This document shows, one piece after another, positions 10,862 to 18,511 of a DNA stretch of 64,000 bases (positions within the stretch are counted from its first letter, which is position 1; every line of letters begins with the position of its first letter). Both the position numbers and the translations under genes were made by a program. Location of the stretch: positions 414-64,413 of the forward strand of contig CAMGEK010000001.1 in NCBI GenBank assembly GCA_946055105.1, read 5' to 3'. Source of the stretch: an uncultured Clostridia bacterium (GTDB taxonomy: Bacteria; Bacillota; Clostridia; Christensenellales; Borkfalkiaceae). The notes under the pieces were generated by a model, which had not been told where the DNA came from, made no database searches, and saw only the letters and a program-made list of their open reading frames with translations.

Positions 10862-10892
10862 ATTATATCACCAACGGGGGGGGGTATGTCAA
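10862..10892 (-). promoter_or_regulatory. promoter with a G9/C9 homopolymer inside the spacer
   Basis: On the minus strand: TTGACA (10892-10887), a 19-nt spacer TACCCCCCCCCGTTGGTGA, then TATAAT (10867-10862) with a TGa extension. The G9 run on the plus strand is at 10876-10884. Confidence 0.55.
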
Positions 10893-10984
10893 CTATATTG
10901 AATAAAGTTTTTTGAATTTTTTTGATGGTTTCCGCGCGCCGCGTTACGGGAGCGGACGAAAGTCGGGAAATAGCCGCGGCGGTC

Positions 10985-11255
10985 GAAAGATAGGGCGCGG
11001 AAAAACGTTGATCAGGGCAGAAAAGGGCGGCGAAAGATGCGGAACGGTCGGAAAAGAGCGTATCGCGGAAAGAAAGGCGGGCGCGGGGCGGGAATCGGAA
11101 AAACGGGCGGGAAGGGCGGAAAAACGCGCGGCAGCGAAAGATAGGGCGCGGAAAAACGTTGAGCAAGGGCGGAAAAACGCGCGGCGGCGAAAGATAGGGC
11201 GCGGTCGAAAAAAAGCGTATCGCGGAAAGAAAGGCGGGCGCGGCAGATTGTCGGG
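10985..11255. repeat. mosaic purine-rich intergenic repeat block
   Basis: Exact repeats are present. CGAAAGATAGGGCGCGG occurs 3 times (10994, 11145, 11198). AGCGTATCGCGGAAAGAAAGGCGGGCGCGG occurs twice (11067, 11224). GGGCGGAAAAACGCGCGGC occurs twice (11124, 11177). AAAAACGTTGA occurs twice. Confidence 0.85.
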
Positions 11256-11349
11256 CGGCGAAGGCACGCTTTCCCGCGGGAAAAACATAGGATAGAGTGA
11301 CTGCGTAGAACGCGCCGCGGGCGGCGCGTGCGCGACGGAGGTTTTACAA

Positions 11350-12123
11350 ATGGAGTGGTTTATTTCTTTGGGCGCGCCGTGGCAGGCGTTGATCGCTTCA
11401 CTGTTCATGTACGCGATGACGGCGTTTGGCGCGTCCTTCGTGTTCTTTTCCAAAAACGTGGGAAAGGGGATTCTGACCGCGCTGACGGGCGCGGCGGCGG
11501 GAATCATGATCGCGGCGAGCTTCTTTTCTCTCCTGCTTCCCGCGATCGAATACGAGGGCGCGCTCCCCTCGTACGTGACCGCGACGGCGGGGTTTGCGAT
11601 CGGCGGCGCGTTCATCGTCCTGTCCGACCTTGCGCTTTCGCATACGCAACTGAATTTTCATTCGATCGGGGATAAAAAGAGCGCGTTGCTGTATTTCGCC
11701 GTCACGCTTCACAACGTTCCGGAGGGCATGGCGGTCGGCGTCGCGTTCGCACAGGGCGCGGGCGCTGAGGGCGCCGTGCTCTCGGCGGCTCTGCTCGCTC
11801 TGGGGATCGCCGTACAGAATTTTCCCGAGGGCATGTGCGTGGCGTTTCCGTTGCGCATGAAGGGCATGTCTCCGTTGAAAAGCTTTTTGTTTTCGCAGGG
11901 ATCGGGCGCGGTGGAAATTCCCGCCTGCGTCTTGGGCGCGCTTGCCGCGACGTTCGTTGCGGGGCTCATGCCCTGGGCTCTGGCGTTCTCTGCGGGTGCC
12001 ATGGTCGCGGTCGTCTGTTCCGAACTCATTCCGGAGTGTTTTTCGGGCAATAAAACGGTCGCGAGCGCGGGCGTGGTGCTCGGATTCTGCATGATGATGC
12101 TGCTCGACGTGGCGTTCGGCTGA
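11350..12123 (+). CDS. ZIP family divalent metal (zinc) transporter, ZupT-like
   Basis: 257 aa with about 8 TM segments. It has the motifs HNVPEGMAVG and QNFPEGM. Confidence 0.8.
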   Translation: MEWFISLGAPWQALIASLFMYAMTAFGASFVFFSKNVGKGILTALTGAAAGIMIAASFFSLLLPAIEYEGALPSYVTATAGFAIGGAFIVLSDLALSHTQLNFHSIGDKKSALLYFAVTLHNVPEGMAVGVAFAQGAGAEGAVLSAALLALGIAVQNFPEGMCVAFPLRMKGMSPLKSFLFSQGSGAVEIPACVLGALAATFVAGLMPWALAFSAGAMVAVVCSELIPECFSGNKTVASAGVVLGFCMMMLLDVAFG

Positions 12124-12175
12124 TTGTGAAAACACAAAGGGTATAAACGCGGAAAAGCGGCGCAAACTTTGCGGT

Positions 12176-13018
12176 ATGGAACAGGAACGTGAGAAAGAAA
12201 CGCAGGCAGCGGCGCGTGCGCCGCACGGCAAAACGGCGGCGCTCATCGGCGCGTCGTCGGGAATCGGCAGGGAAACGGCGATGAAGCTCTGCGCGCGCGG
12301 GTATCGCGTATTCAACGTATCGCGCACCCCGTGCAAGGGAGAGCGCGTGCGTACGATCACGGCGGACGCGGCGCAGGAGGGGGAGCTCACCGCGGCGATC
12401 AGAACGGTCGGCGAGGAGACGGGCGGGATCGATCTGCTCGTCTATTCGGCGGGGTATTCCCTCTGCGCGCCGCTCGAACACGCGAAGAGCGGAGATTACC
12501 GCTATCTCTTCGAGGTGAACTTTTTCGGCGCTGCGGAAGCGATCAGAAGCGCCGCGCCCTATCTCAAAAAGCGGAACGGTCGCGTCGTGCTCGTCGGTTC
12601 GATGGGCGGGGAGATGCCCATTCCCTACGACGGCTTTTATTCGGCTTCCAAAGCGGCGCTCTGCATGCTCGCCAAAGAGGCGGACATGGAACTGCGCGAC
12701 CGCGGCGTGCGCGTGAGCGTTTTGCTTCCGGGCGGCACTTCGACCGATTTCACCTATCACCGCAGAGTGTACGGGGAGGAGGAAAGTTTTTCTTACGCTT
12801 CCTCCGTGAAAAAGGCTTCCGCCGCGCTTGCGAACATCGAACAGGGCGGCATGAATCCCTCGCTCGTCGCGGAGGCGATCGTCAGGCTCGCGGAAAAGCG
12901 CAATCCGCCGCCCGTCGCCGTCGCGGGCGGAGGGAATACCGCGCTCTATATCGCCCGAAAACTGCTCCCCGACCGCACTGTGAATTGGCTGATGCGGAAA
13001 AAATTCAATCAGAATTGA
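12176..13018 (+). CDS. short-chain dehydrogenase/reductase (SDR) family oxidoreductase
   Basis: It has the cofactor motif IGASSGIGRE and the catalytic YSASKAAL motif. It is 280 aa. Confidence 0.8.
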   Translation: MEQEREKETQAAARAPHGKTAALIGASSGIGRETAMKLCARGYRVFNVSRTPCKGERVRTITADAAQEGELTAAIRTVGEETGGIDLLVYSAGYSLCAPLEHAKSGDYRYLFEVNFFGAAEAIRSAAPYLKKRNGRVVLVGSMGGEMPIPYDGFYSASKAALCMLAKEADMELRDRGVRVSVLLPGGTSTDFTYHRRVYGEEESFSYASSVKKASAALANIEQGGMNPSLVAEAIVRLAEKRNPPPVAVAGGGNTALYIARKLLPDRTVNWLMRKKFNQN

Positions 13019-13025
13019 GCGCGCG

Positions 13026-13137
13026 TTCCGAGGACGCGGCGTGCGCCTCTGCCTTCCGAGGGCGCGGCGTGCGCCTCTGTGTTCCGAGGTCGCGGCGTGC
13101 GCCTCTATGTTCCGAGGCCGCGGCGTGCGTGCGGCGG
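13026..13137 (+). repeat. 28-bp tandem repeat, 3 full units plus 1 degenerate, each a bulged hairpin
   Basis: The unit is TTCCGAGGnCGCGGCGTGCGCCTCTnnn, starting at 13026, 13054, 13082 and 13110. GAGG-n-CGC / GCG-CCTC can pair. The bulge n is A, G, T, C in successive units. Confidence 0.85.
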
Positions 13138-13244
13138 AACGGTCGGGCGCATAAAACGCGGCGTATCGAACGGTCGGGCGCGTCGAAGCGTGCGGGAGCG
13201 GAAAAGAAGAGCGGGCAAAAGCGGAAAAAGTGCCCGTCCAACGC

Positions 13245-13274
13245 TTGACTTTGCGCGGGGTTGTTTGGTATAAT
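13245..13274 (+). promoter_or_regulatory. sigma-A type promoter of the purine operon
   Basis: TTGACT (13245-13250), an 18-nt spacer, then TGgTATAAT (-10 at 13269-13274). Confidence 0.7.
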
Positions 13275-13295
13275 AGCGGTATGAAAATTGCAATA

Positions 13296-13372
13296 CGCGT
13301 TTTGCGACTGTCGGAGCTGCGGAGTACCGCAAGGGAGCAAAAAACGGAAAATTATGTCGTCCGACTGGGCAG
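13296..13372 (+). promoter_or_regulatory. ZTP riboswitch (pfl motif) aptamer
   Basis: P1 is GUUUU/AAAAC. J1/2 is GCGACUGUCG (consensus GUGACUGGCG). The P2 hairpin is GCGG-AGUA-CCGC. The conserved GGGAGC is present, and the 3' element is CCGACUGGGCA (consensus CCGCCUGGGCA). The pseudoknot GUCG/CGAC is a compensatory version of GGCG/CGCC. It lies upstream of pur and fhs genes, as is typical for this class. Confidence 0.8.
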
Positions 13373-13416
13373 TCTTATTCTGTGAACGGGATAAGACTGC
13401 CCGGTTTTGCGTTTTG
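13367..13416 (+). terminator. riboswitch expression-platform terminator
   Basis: A perfect 12-bp stem GGGCAGTCTTAT/ATAAGACTGCCC (13367-13378 / 13391-13402) is followed by GGTTTTGCGTTTTG. The left arm overlaps the aptamer's CUGGGCA. Confidence 0.8.
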
Positions 13417-13428
13417 CGGAGGTGAATC

Positions 13429-13923
13429 ATGAAGAAAATAGCGGTGATCATGGGCAGCGACAGCGATCTGCCCGTCGTGGAGAAGGCGTTCGGCGTCTTC
13501 CGCGAATACGGCGTACCGTTTGAAGCGCACGTCTTTTCTGCGCACAGAACGCCCGAAGAAGCGCGCGCGTTCGCGCTTTCCGCGGCGGAGAACGGATTCG
13601 GAGCGATCATATGCGCGGCGGGGAAAGCGGCGCATCTTGCGGGCGCGTTCGCGGCGAATACCGTGCTTCCCGTCATCGGAATCCCCGTGAAGAGCTCGAC
13701 GCTCGACGGGTTGGACGCGCTTCTTTCCACCGTTCAGATGCCTTCGGGAATCCCCGTGGCGACGGTTGCGATCGACGGCGCGGCGAACGCTGCGCTTCTG
13801 GCGGTGGAGATTCTCGCGGTCGGAGACGCGGGGCTTCGGGAAAAACTGCTTGAATCGCGGAAGGCGGCGGCGGAGAAGGTGCTCGCAAAAAACGCGGAAA
13901 TTTCCGCAAAATTCAGTCTGTAA
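13429..13923 (+). CDS. purE: N5-carboxyaminoimidazole ribonucleotide mutase (PurE, class I-like AAHLAG motif)
   Basis: It starts [16 protein letters not shown] and has the [10 protein letters not shown] motif. The SD GGAGGTG lies 5 nt upstream. Confidence 0.9.
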   Translation: MKKIAVIMGSDSDLPVVEKAFGVFREYGVPFEAHVFSAHRTPEEARAFALSAAENGFGAIICAAGKAAHLAGAFAANTVLPVIGIPVKSSTLDGLDALLSTVQMPSGIPVATVAIDGAANAALLAVEILAVGDAGLREKLLESRKAAAEKVLAKNAEISAKFSL

Positions 13924-13954
13924 AAAATCGGAAAAAGGAAAAGGAGATACTATC

Positions 13955-14665
13955 ATGGAAAAAACCGTTCAGTTGTACGAAGGCAAGGCGAAGAAGGTGT
14001 TCGCGACCGCGGACGAAACTCTGTGCGTGGTGTCCTATAAGGACGACGCGACCGCGTTCAACGGCTTGAAGAAGGGGACGATCGTCGGAAAGGGCGTCGT
14101 CAACAACCGTATGAGCAACATGCTCATGCAGCTGCTCGAAAAGCAGGGCGTTCCCACGCATTTCGTAAAAGAGCTTTCCGACCGCGACACGCTCGTGAAA
14201 AAGGTCGCAATCGTTCCGCTCGAAGTGATTATCAGAAACGTTTCCGCGGGTTCGTTCGCCAAGCATTACGGCGTGGAAGAGGGAATCGTGTTCGACGAAC
14301 CGACGATCGAATTTTCCTATAAAAACGACGAGCTCGGCGATCCCCTGCTCAACTCCTATCACGCGCTTGCGCTGAAACTCGCGACGAAAGAGGAGATCGA
14401 GACGATCAAACGTCTGGCGTTCAAAGTCAACGAAGTGCTGACGGAGTATTTCAAAACGCTTAAAATCAGGCTCGTCGACTTCAAACTCGAATTCGGTCGT
14501 CTGTCCGACGGCACGATCGTGCTTGCGGACGAGATCTCGCCCGACACCTGCCGTCTTTGGGATATCGAGACCAACGAAAAACTCGACAAAGACAGATTCA
14601 GAAGAGACCTCGGCGGCGTAGAGGACGCGTATAAAGAAGTGTTCAAACGCCTGATGGGGGAGTGA
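13955..14665 (+). CDS. purC: SAICAR synthetase
   Basis: It starts [16 protein letters not shown] and contains LEVIIRN and [12 protein letters not shown] motifs. Confidence 0.9.
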   Translation: MEKTVQLYEGKAKKVFATADETLCVVSYKDDATAFNGLKKGTIVGKGVVNNRMSNMLMQLLEKQGVPTHFVKELSDRDTLVKKVAIVPLEVIIRNVSAGSFAKHYGVEEGIVFDEPTIEFSYKNDELGDPLLNSYHALALKLATKEEIETIKRLAFKVNEVLTEYFKTLKIRLVDFKLEFGRLSDGTIVLADEISPDTCRLWDIETNEKLDKDRFRRDLGGVEDAYKEVFKRLMGE

Positions 14666-14666
14666 T

Positions 14667-16118
14667 ATGGCGGAAATTCACGAGGAGTGCGGCGTATTCG
14701 GAATCTTCTGCAACGAGGCGCAGAAGGTGGCTTCTACGGCGTATTACGCCCTGTTCGCGCTGCAACACCGCGGACAGGAGGCGGCGGGAATCGTCGTGAA
14801 CGACGACGGCGTTTTCACCGCTTATAAAGACGTCGGTCTCGTCAACGACGTGTTCAGCGCGGAAACGCTGGAAAAGCTCGGAAAAGGAAACATGGCGATC
14901 GGGCACGTCCGTTACGGCACGACGGGCGCGGGCGGCAGAGAGAACGCTCAGCCCATCGTCGTCAATCACCTGAAAGGGAACATGGCGCTCGCGCATAACG
15001 GAAACCTCGTCAACGCGTACGAACTCCGTTCCGAATTGGAAAACGAGGGCTGTATTTTCCATACGACTTCGGACACCGAAGTCATTTCTTATATCGTCAC
15101 CAAAGAGCGCGTGAAGTCGCGCTCCATCGAAGACGCGGTGCTCTCCGCGATGGACAGGCTCAAAGGCGCGTATTCGCTCGTCGTGATGTCGCCGAGCAAA
15201 CTCATCGCCGCGCGCGATCCGCACGGATTCCGTCCGCTCTGCTACGGCGTGCGCGACGACGGAGCGTATATCGTCGCGTCCGAATCCTGCGCGCTCGAAG
15301 CGGTGGGCGCGAAAAAAGTGCGCGAAGTGCGCCCCGGCGAAGTGCTCGTGTTCACGAAAGACGGCGTTAAGAGCTACGAGGAGCACTGCGGCGGGGAAAA
15401 GCGGTTCTGCGTATTTGAATATTTCTATATCGCGCGCCCCGATTCCGAGATCGACGGCTGTTACGTGCACGACGCGCGCCGCCGCGCGGGAGAATTTCTG
15501 GCGGAGAAGTACCGGATCGACGCGGACGTCGTCATCGGCGTTCCCGATTCGGGCTTGGACGCTGCGCTCGGCTACGCGCAGAAATCGGGGATTCCCTACG
15601 CGATCGGGTTCATCAAAAACAAATATATCGGCAGAACGTTTATCGCGCCCGATCAGAAGGTGCGCGAGGACAAAGTCAAGATCAAACTCAACGTCATCGC
15701 TTCGGCGGTGAAGGGAAAGCGCGTGATCATGGTGGACGACAGTATCGTGCGCGGCACGACGAGCGCGCCCATCGTCAGACTGTTGCGGAACGCGGGGGCG
15801 AAAGAAGTGCATATGCTCTCTTCCGCGCCGCCCTTCCTCAATCCGTGCTATTACGGAACGGACATCGATTCGCGCGATCATCTGATCGCCTGTCACCATA
15901 CGCCGGAGGAGATCGCGAAGATCATCGGCGCCGATTCGCTCGGCTATCTGGACGTGGAGCACGCGAAACTGCTCGCGGGCGGCGACGGTACGGGATTCTG
16001 TACGGCGTGTTTCGACGGGCGTTATCCCACGGAAATTCCCAAGGCGACGAATAAAAACCGTTTCGAGCAGAAGATCAGTCTGAACCCGAAATTCCAAAAG
16101 AAAAATCAGGAGCAATGA
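14667..16118 (+). CDS. purF: amidophosphoribosyltransferase
   Basis: It has the N-terminal CGVFGI nucleophile motif and the PRT motif VIMVDDSIVRGTT. Confidence 0.9.
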   Translation: MAEIHEECGVFGIFCNEAQKVASTAYYALFALQHRGQEAAGIVVNDDGVFTAYKDVGLVNDVFSAETLEKLGKGNMAIGHVRYGTTGAGGRENAQPIVVNHLKGNMALAHNGNLVNAYELRSELENEGCIFHTTSDTEVISYIVTKERVKSRSIEDAVLSAMDRLKGAYSLVVMSPSKLIAARDPHGFRPLCYGVRDDGAYIVASESCALEAVGAKKVREVRPGEVLVFTKDGVKSYEEHCGGEKRFCVFEYFYIARPDSEIDGCYVHDARRRAGEFLAEKYRIDADVVIGVPDSGLDAALGYAQKSGIPYAIGFIKNKYIGRTFIAPDQKVREDKVKIKLNVIASAVKGKRVIMVDDSIVRGTTSAPIVRLLRNAGAKEVHMLSSAPPFLNPCYYGTDIDSRDHLIACHHTPEEIAKIIGADSLGYLDVEHAKLLAGGDGTGFCTACFDGRYPTEIPKATNKNRFEQKISLNPKFQKKNQEQ

Positions 16119-16121
16119 GAG

Positions 16122-17159
16122 ATGGAAAAGAGTTACTCGGAAAGTTATAAACAGGCGGGCGTGGACATCACCGCGGGATACCGCGCGGTGGAGCTCATGA
16201 AAAAACACGTCGCGCGCACCATGCCCGACGGAAAAGCGGACATCGGCGATTTCGGCGGCGCGTTCCCGCTGCCCACGTCCGGCATGCAAGAGCCGGTGCT
16301 CGTATCGGGAACGGACGGCGTCGGCACGAAACTCCGGATCGCGCTTCTTATGGACAAGCACGACACCATCGGCATCGATTGCGTCGCCATGTGCGTGAAC
16401 GACATCATCTGCTGCGGCGCGAAACCGCTGATTTTCCTCGACTATATCGCGTGCGGGAAGAATATTCCCGAGCGGATCGCGGAGATCGTCGGCGGCGTGG
16501 CGGAGGGCTGCGTGCAGGCGGGTTGCGCGCTGGTCGGCGGAGAGACTGCGGAGCATCCCGGAACCATGCCCGAGGACGATTACGATCTCGCCGGTTTTTC
16601 CGTCGGTATCGTCGATAAGAGCAAGATGGTCGACAAGCGCGAAATGAAGGCGGGAGACGTAATGCTCGCGCTTCCTTCCACGGGCGTGCATTCCAACGGC
16701 TTTTCGCTGGTGAGAAAGGTGTTCGACGTGGAGCGTTGCGATCTGAAATCGCCCGTTCCCGAACTCGGCGGGAGATCGCTCGGAGAGACGCTTTTAACGC
16801 CGACGAAGATCTACGTAAAACCCATGCTCGCGCTCTTCGGACAGGTGCGCGTCAAGGGCGTGTCGCATATCACGGGCGGGGGATTCTACGAAAACATGCC
16901 CCGCTCCATTCCCAAGGGACTTGGCGTGAAAATCAAAAAGAGCGACGTGAAAACGCCCGCGATCTTCGACCTCATACAAAAGAAAGGGAATATCTCCGAA
17001 CACGACATGTTCAACACCTTCAACATGGGCGTGGGCATGAGCGTGGTCGTCGCGAAGGAGGACGCGGACAACGCGCTTAAAATCCTGCGCGAAAACGGAG
17101 AGGACGCGTATCTGATCGGCGAAATCGTCGAGAGCGAAGACGGAGTGACGTTATGTTGA
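16122..17159 (+). CDS. purM: AIR synthetase
   Basis: It has SYKQAGVDI, GTDGVGTK and DYIA motifs. Confidence 0.9.
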   Translation: MEKSYSESYKQAGVDITAGYRAVELMKKHVARTMPDGKADIGDFGGAFPLPTSGMQEPVLVSGTDGVGTKLRIALLMDKHDTIGIDCVAMCVNDIICCGAKPLIFLDYIACGKNIPERIAEIVGGVAEGCVQAGCALVGGETAEHPGTMPEDDYDLAGFSVGIVDKSKMVDKREMKAGDVMLALPSTGVHSNGFSLVRKVFDVERCDLKSPVPELGGRSLGETLLTPTKIYVKPMLALFGQVRVKGVSHITGGGFYENMPRSIPKGLGVKIKKSDVKTPAIFDLIQKKGNISEHDMFNTFNMGVGMSVVVAKEDADNALKILRENGEDAYLIGEIVESEDGVTLC

Positions 17160-17773
17160 AAAGAAAGGCGCGGATCGCGGTGTTCGTATCGGGCGGCGGA
17201 ACGAATTTGCAGGCTCTGCTCGAAGCGGAGCGCGACGGCGCGATTCCCGACGGAGAGATCGTGCTCGTACTCTCCAACCGTGCGGACGCATACGCGCTCG
17301 AACGCGCGAAGAGCTTCGGCGTGGAGAGGGCGGTCGTCGATCGGGAGCGTTTTCCCGACGCGGCGGATCGCGAGCGGGAGACGGCGCGCATTCTCGAAGA
17401 GCGGCGGATCGATCTCATCGTGCTCGCGGGGTATCTCTCCATTCTCGGACGGGAATTTACCGCGCGGTACGAGGGGCGGATCATCAACGTGCACCCGTCG
17501 TTGATCCCGAGCTTTTGCGGAAAGGGATATTACGGACTCAAAGTGCACGAAGCGGCGCTTTCCTACGGCGTAAAGGTGACGGGCGCGACCGTGCATTACG
17601 TCAACGAAATCCCGGACGGCGGGAAGATCATTTTACAGAAAGCGGTGGAGATCGAAGAGGGCGATACGCCCGAGAGTTTGCAAAAGCGCGTGATGCGGGA
17701 AGCGGAATGGAAAATTCTGCCGCGCGCGACGGAAATCGTATGTAAAAAACTGACAGGAGAAACAGACAGATGA
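17153..17773 (+). CDS. purN: GAR formyltransferase
   Basis: It has VFVSGGGTNLQAL, IINVHPSLIP and ATVHYV motifs. It overlaps purM by 7 nt. Confidence 0.9.
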   Translation: MLKRKARIAVFVSGGGTNLQALLEAERDGAIPDGEIVLVLSNRADAYALERAKSFGVERAVVDRERFPDAADRERETARILEERRIDLIVLAGYLSILGREFTARYEGRIINVHPSLIPSFCGKGYYGLKVHEAALSYGVKVTGATVHYVNEIPDGGKIILQKAVEIEEGDTPESLQKRVMREAEWKILPRATEIVCKKLTGETDR

Positions 17774-18477
17774 GAAAGACCATGCAGAAAGCGTTGGCGG
17801 GTAAGAGTTACGTCGGAAGAGGGCTCGTGCTCGGCAAGACCAAAGACGGAAAACGGGCGGTATTCGCCTATTTCATATCGGGCAGAAGCGCGAACAGCCG
17901 CAACCGCGTGTTCGTCGAGGACGGAGAGGGACTGCGGACGGAACCGTTCGACGCGAGCAAAGTGGAAGATCCCTCGCTGATCATCTATTCCCCCGTAAAA
18001 GTCGTCGGAAAGGACGTGATCGTGACGAACGGCGATCAGACGGATACGATCGAAAGCTATCTGAAAGAGGGGAAATGCTTCCGTTGCGCGTTGAAAACGC
18101 GGCAGTTCGAGCCGGACTTCCCCAATCTCACGCCGCGCATCAGCGGGATTCTGCATCTGGGGGAACCGTTCACCTATGAGGTTTCCGTTCTGAAAAGCGC
18201 GGATAGAAAGGGCAAGGCGTGCAACCGTTTTCTCTTCGATTACGAACCCGTCAGCGGAACGGGACACTTTATCAGCACTTACCTGAAAGACGGTTCCCCC
18301 CTCCCTTCGTTTGCGGGAGAACCCGTTCCCGTCATGATCCCCAACGACCTGAAAGCGTTCGCGGACGAGATCTGGAACAGTCTCGACGGCGAGAACAAAA
18401 TTTCCCTCTATTGCCGCGCGATCGATCTCAAAACGGGCGCGACGGAGAACGTGCTCTACAACAAATATACGAAATAA
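17770..18477 (+). CDS. IMP cyclohydrolase, PurO-like (stand-alone)
   Basis: 235 aa with YVGRGLVLGKTKDG..AVFAYFISGRS, resembling the archaeal-type IMP cyclohydrolase family. It sits immediately before an AICARFT-only purH. Confidence 0.7.
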   Translation: MRKTMQKALAGKSYVGRGLVLGKTKDGKRAVFAYFISGRSANSRNRVFVEDGEGLRTEPFDASKVEDPSLIIYSPVKVVGKDVIVTNGDQTDTIESYLKEGKCFRCALKTRQFEPDFPNLTPRISGILHLGEPFTYEVSVLKSADRKGKACNRFLFDYEPVSGTGHFISTYLKDGSPLPSFAGEPVPVMIPNDLKAFADEIWNSLDGENKISLYCRAIDLKTGATENVLYNKYTK

Positions 18478-18511
18478 CGCCGACGGCGAACCATACACAG
18501 GAGAAAACGGA

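Noticed and set aside
9235-11166. The full 643-aa version of the membrane protein ORF.
   Set aside because: The N-terminal 112 codons run through the CT-rich repeat block and across the predicted promoter. The ATG at 10830 has a good SD, and the ATG at 10863 sits inside the -10 box.
11256-11349. A Zur box upstream of the ZIP transporter gene.
   Set aside because: I found no AT-rich palindrome of the TCGTAAT-N-ATTACGA type in the 100 nt upstream, so I make no claim.
10912-11615. The ORFs 10912-11295 (+) and 10944-11615 (-) in the intergenic repeat block.
   Set aside because: Their translations (GRK/RKG-rich and PRF-rich) simply mirror the purine/pyrimidine strand bias of the repeats. They have no SD, and one overlaps the ZIP gene antisense.
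13026-13137. A possible CRISPR array (28-bp repeats).
   Set aside because: The units are directly adjacent with no spacers, so it is a simple tandem repeat.
13281-13416. A purine (guanine/adenine) riboswitch or T-box as the pur leader element.
   Set aside because: The three-way-junction core and loop-loop motifs of purine riboswitches are absent, and there is no specifier or T-box sequence. The pfl/ZTP conserved blocks are present instead.
14643-16691. Very long antisense ORFs, such as this 682-aa ORF opposite purF/purM. Others are 19668-21707, 22473-23822, 37506-39425, 46347-48248, 50038-51675, 54052-55791 and 60850-63000.
   Set aside because: All lie opposite genes with strong family motifs. 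Their translations are Arg/His/Gly/Asp-rich low-complexity strings with no SD-led starts. This is the expected stop-codon-poor antisense frame of high-GC coding DNA.
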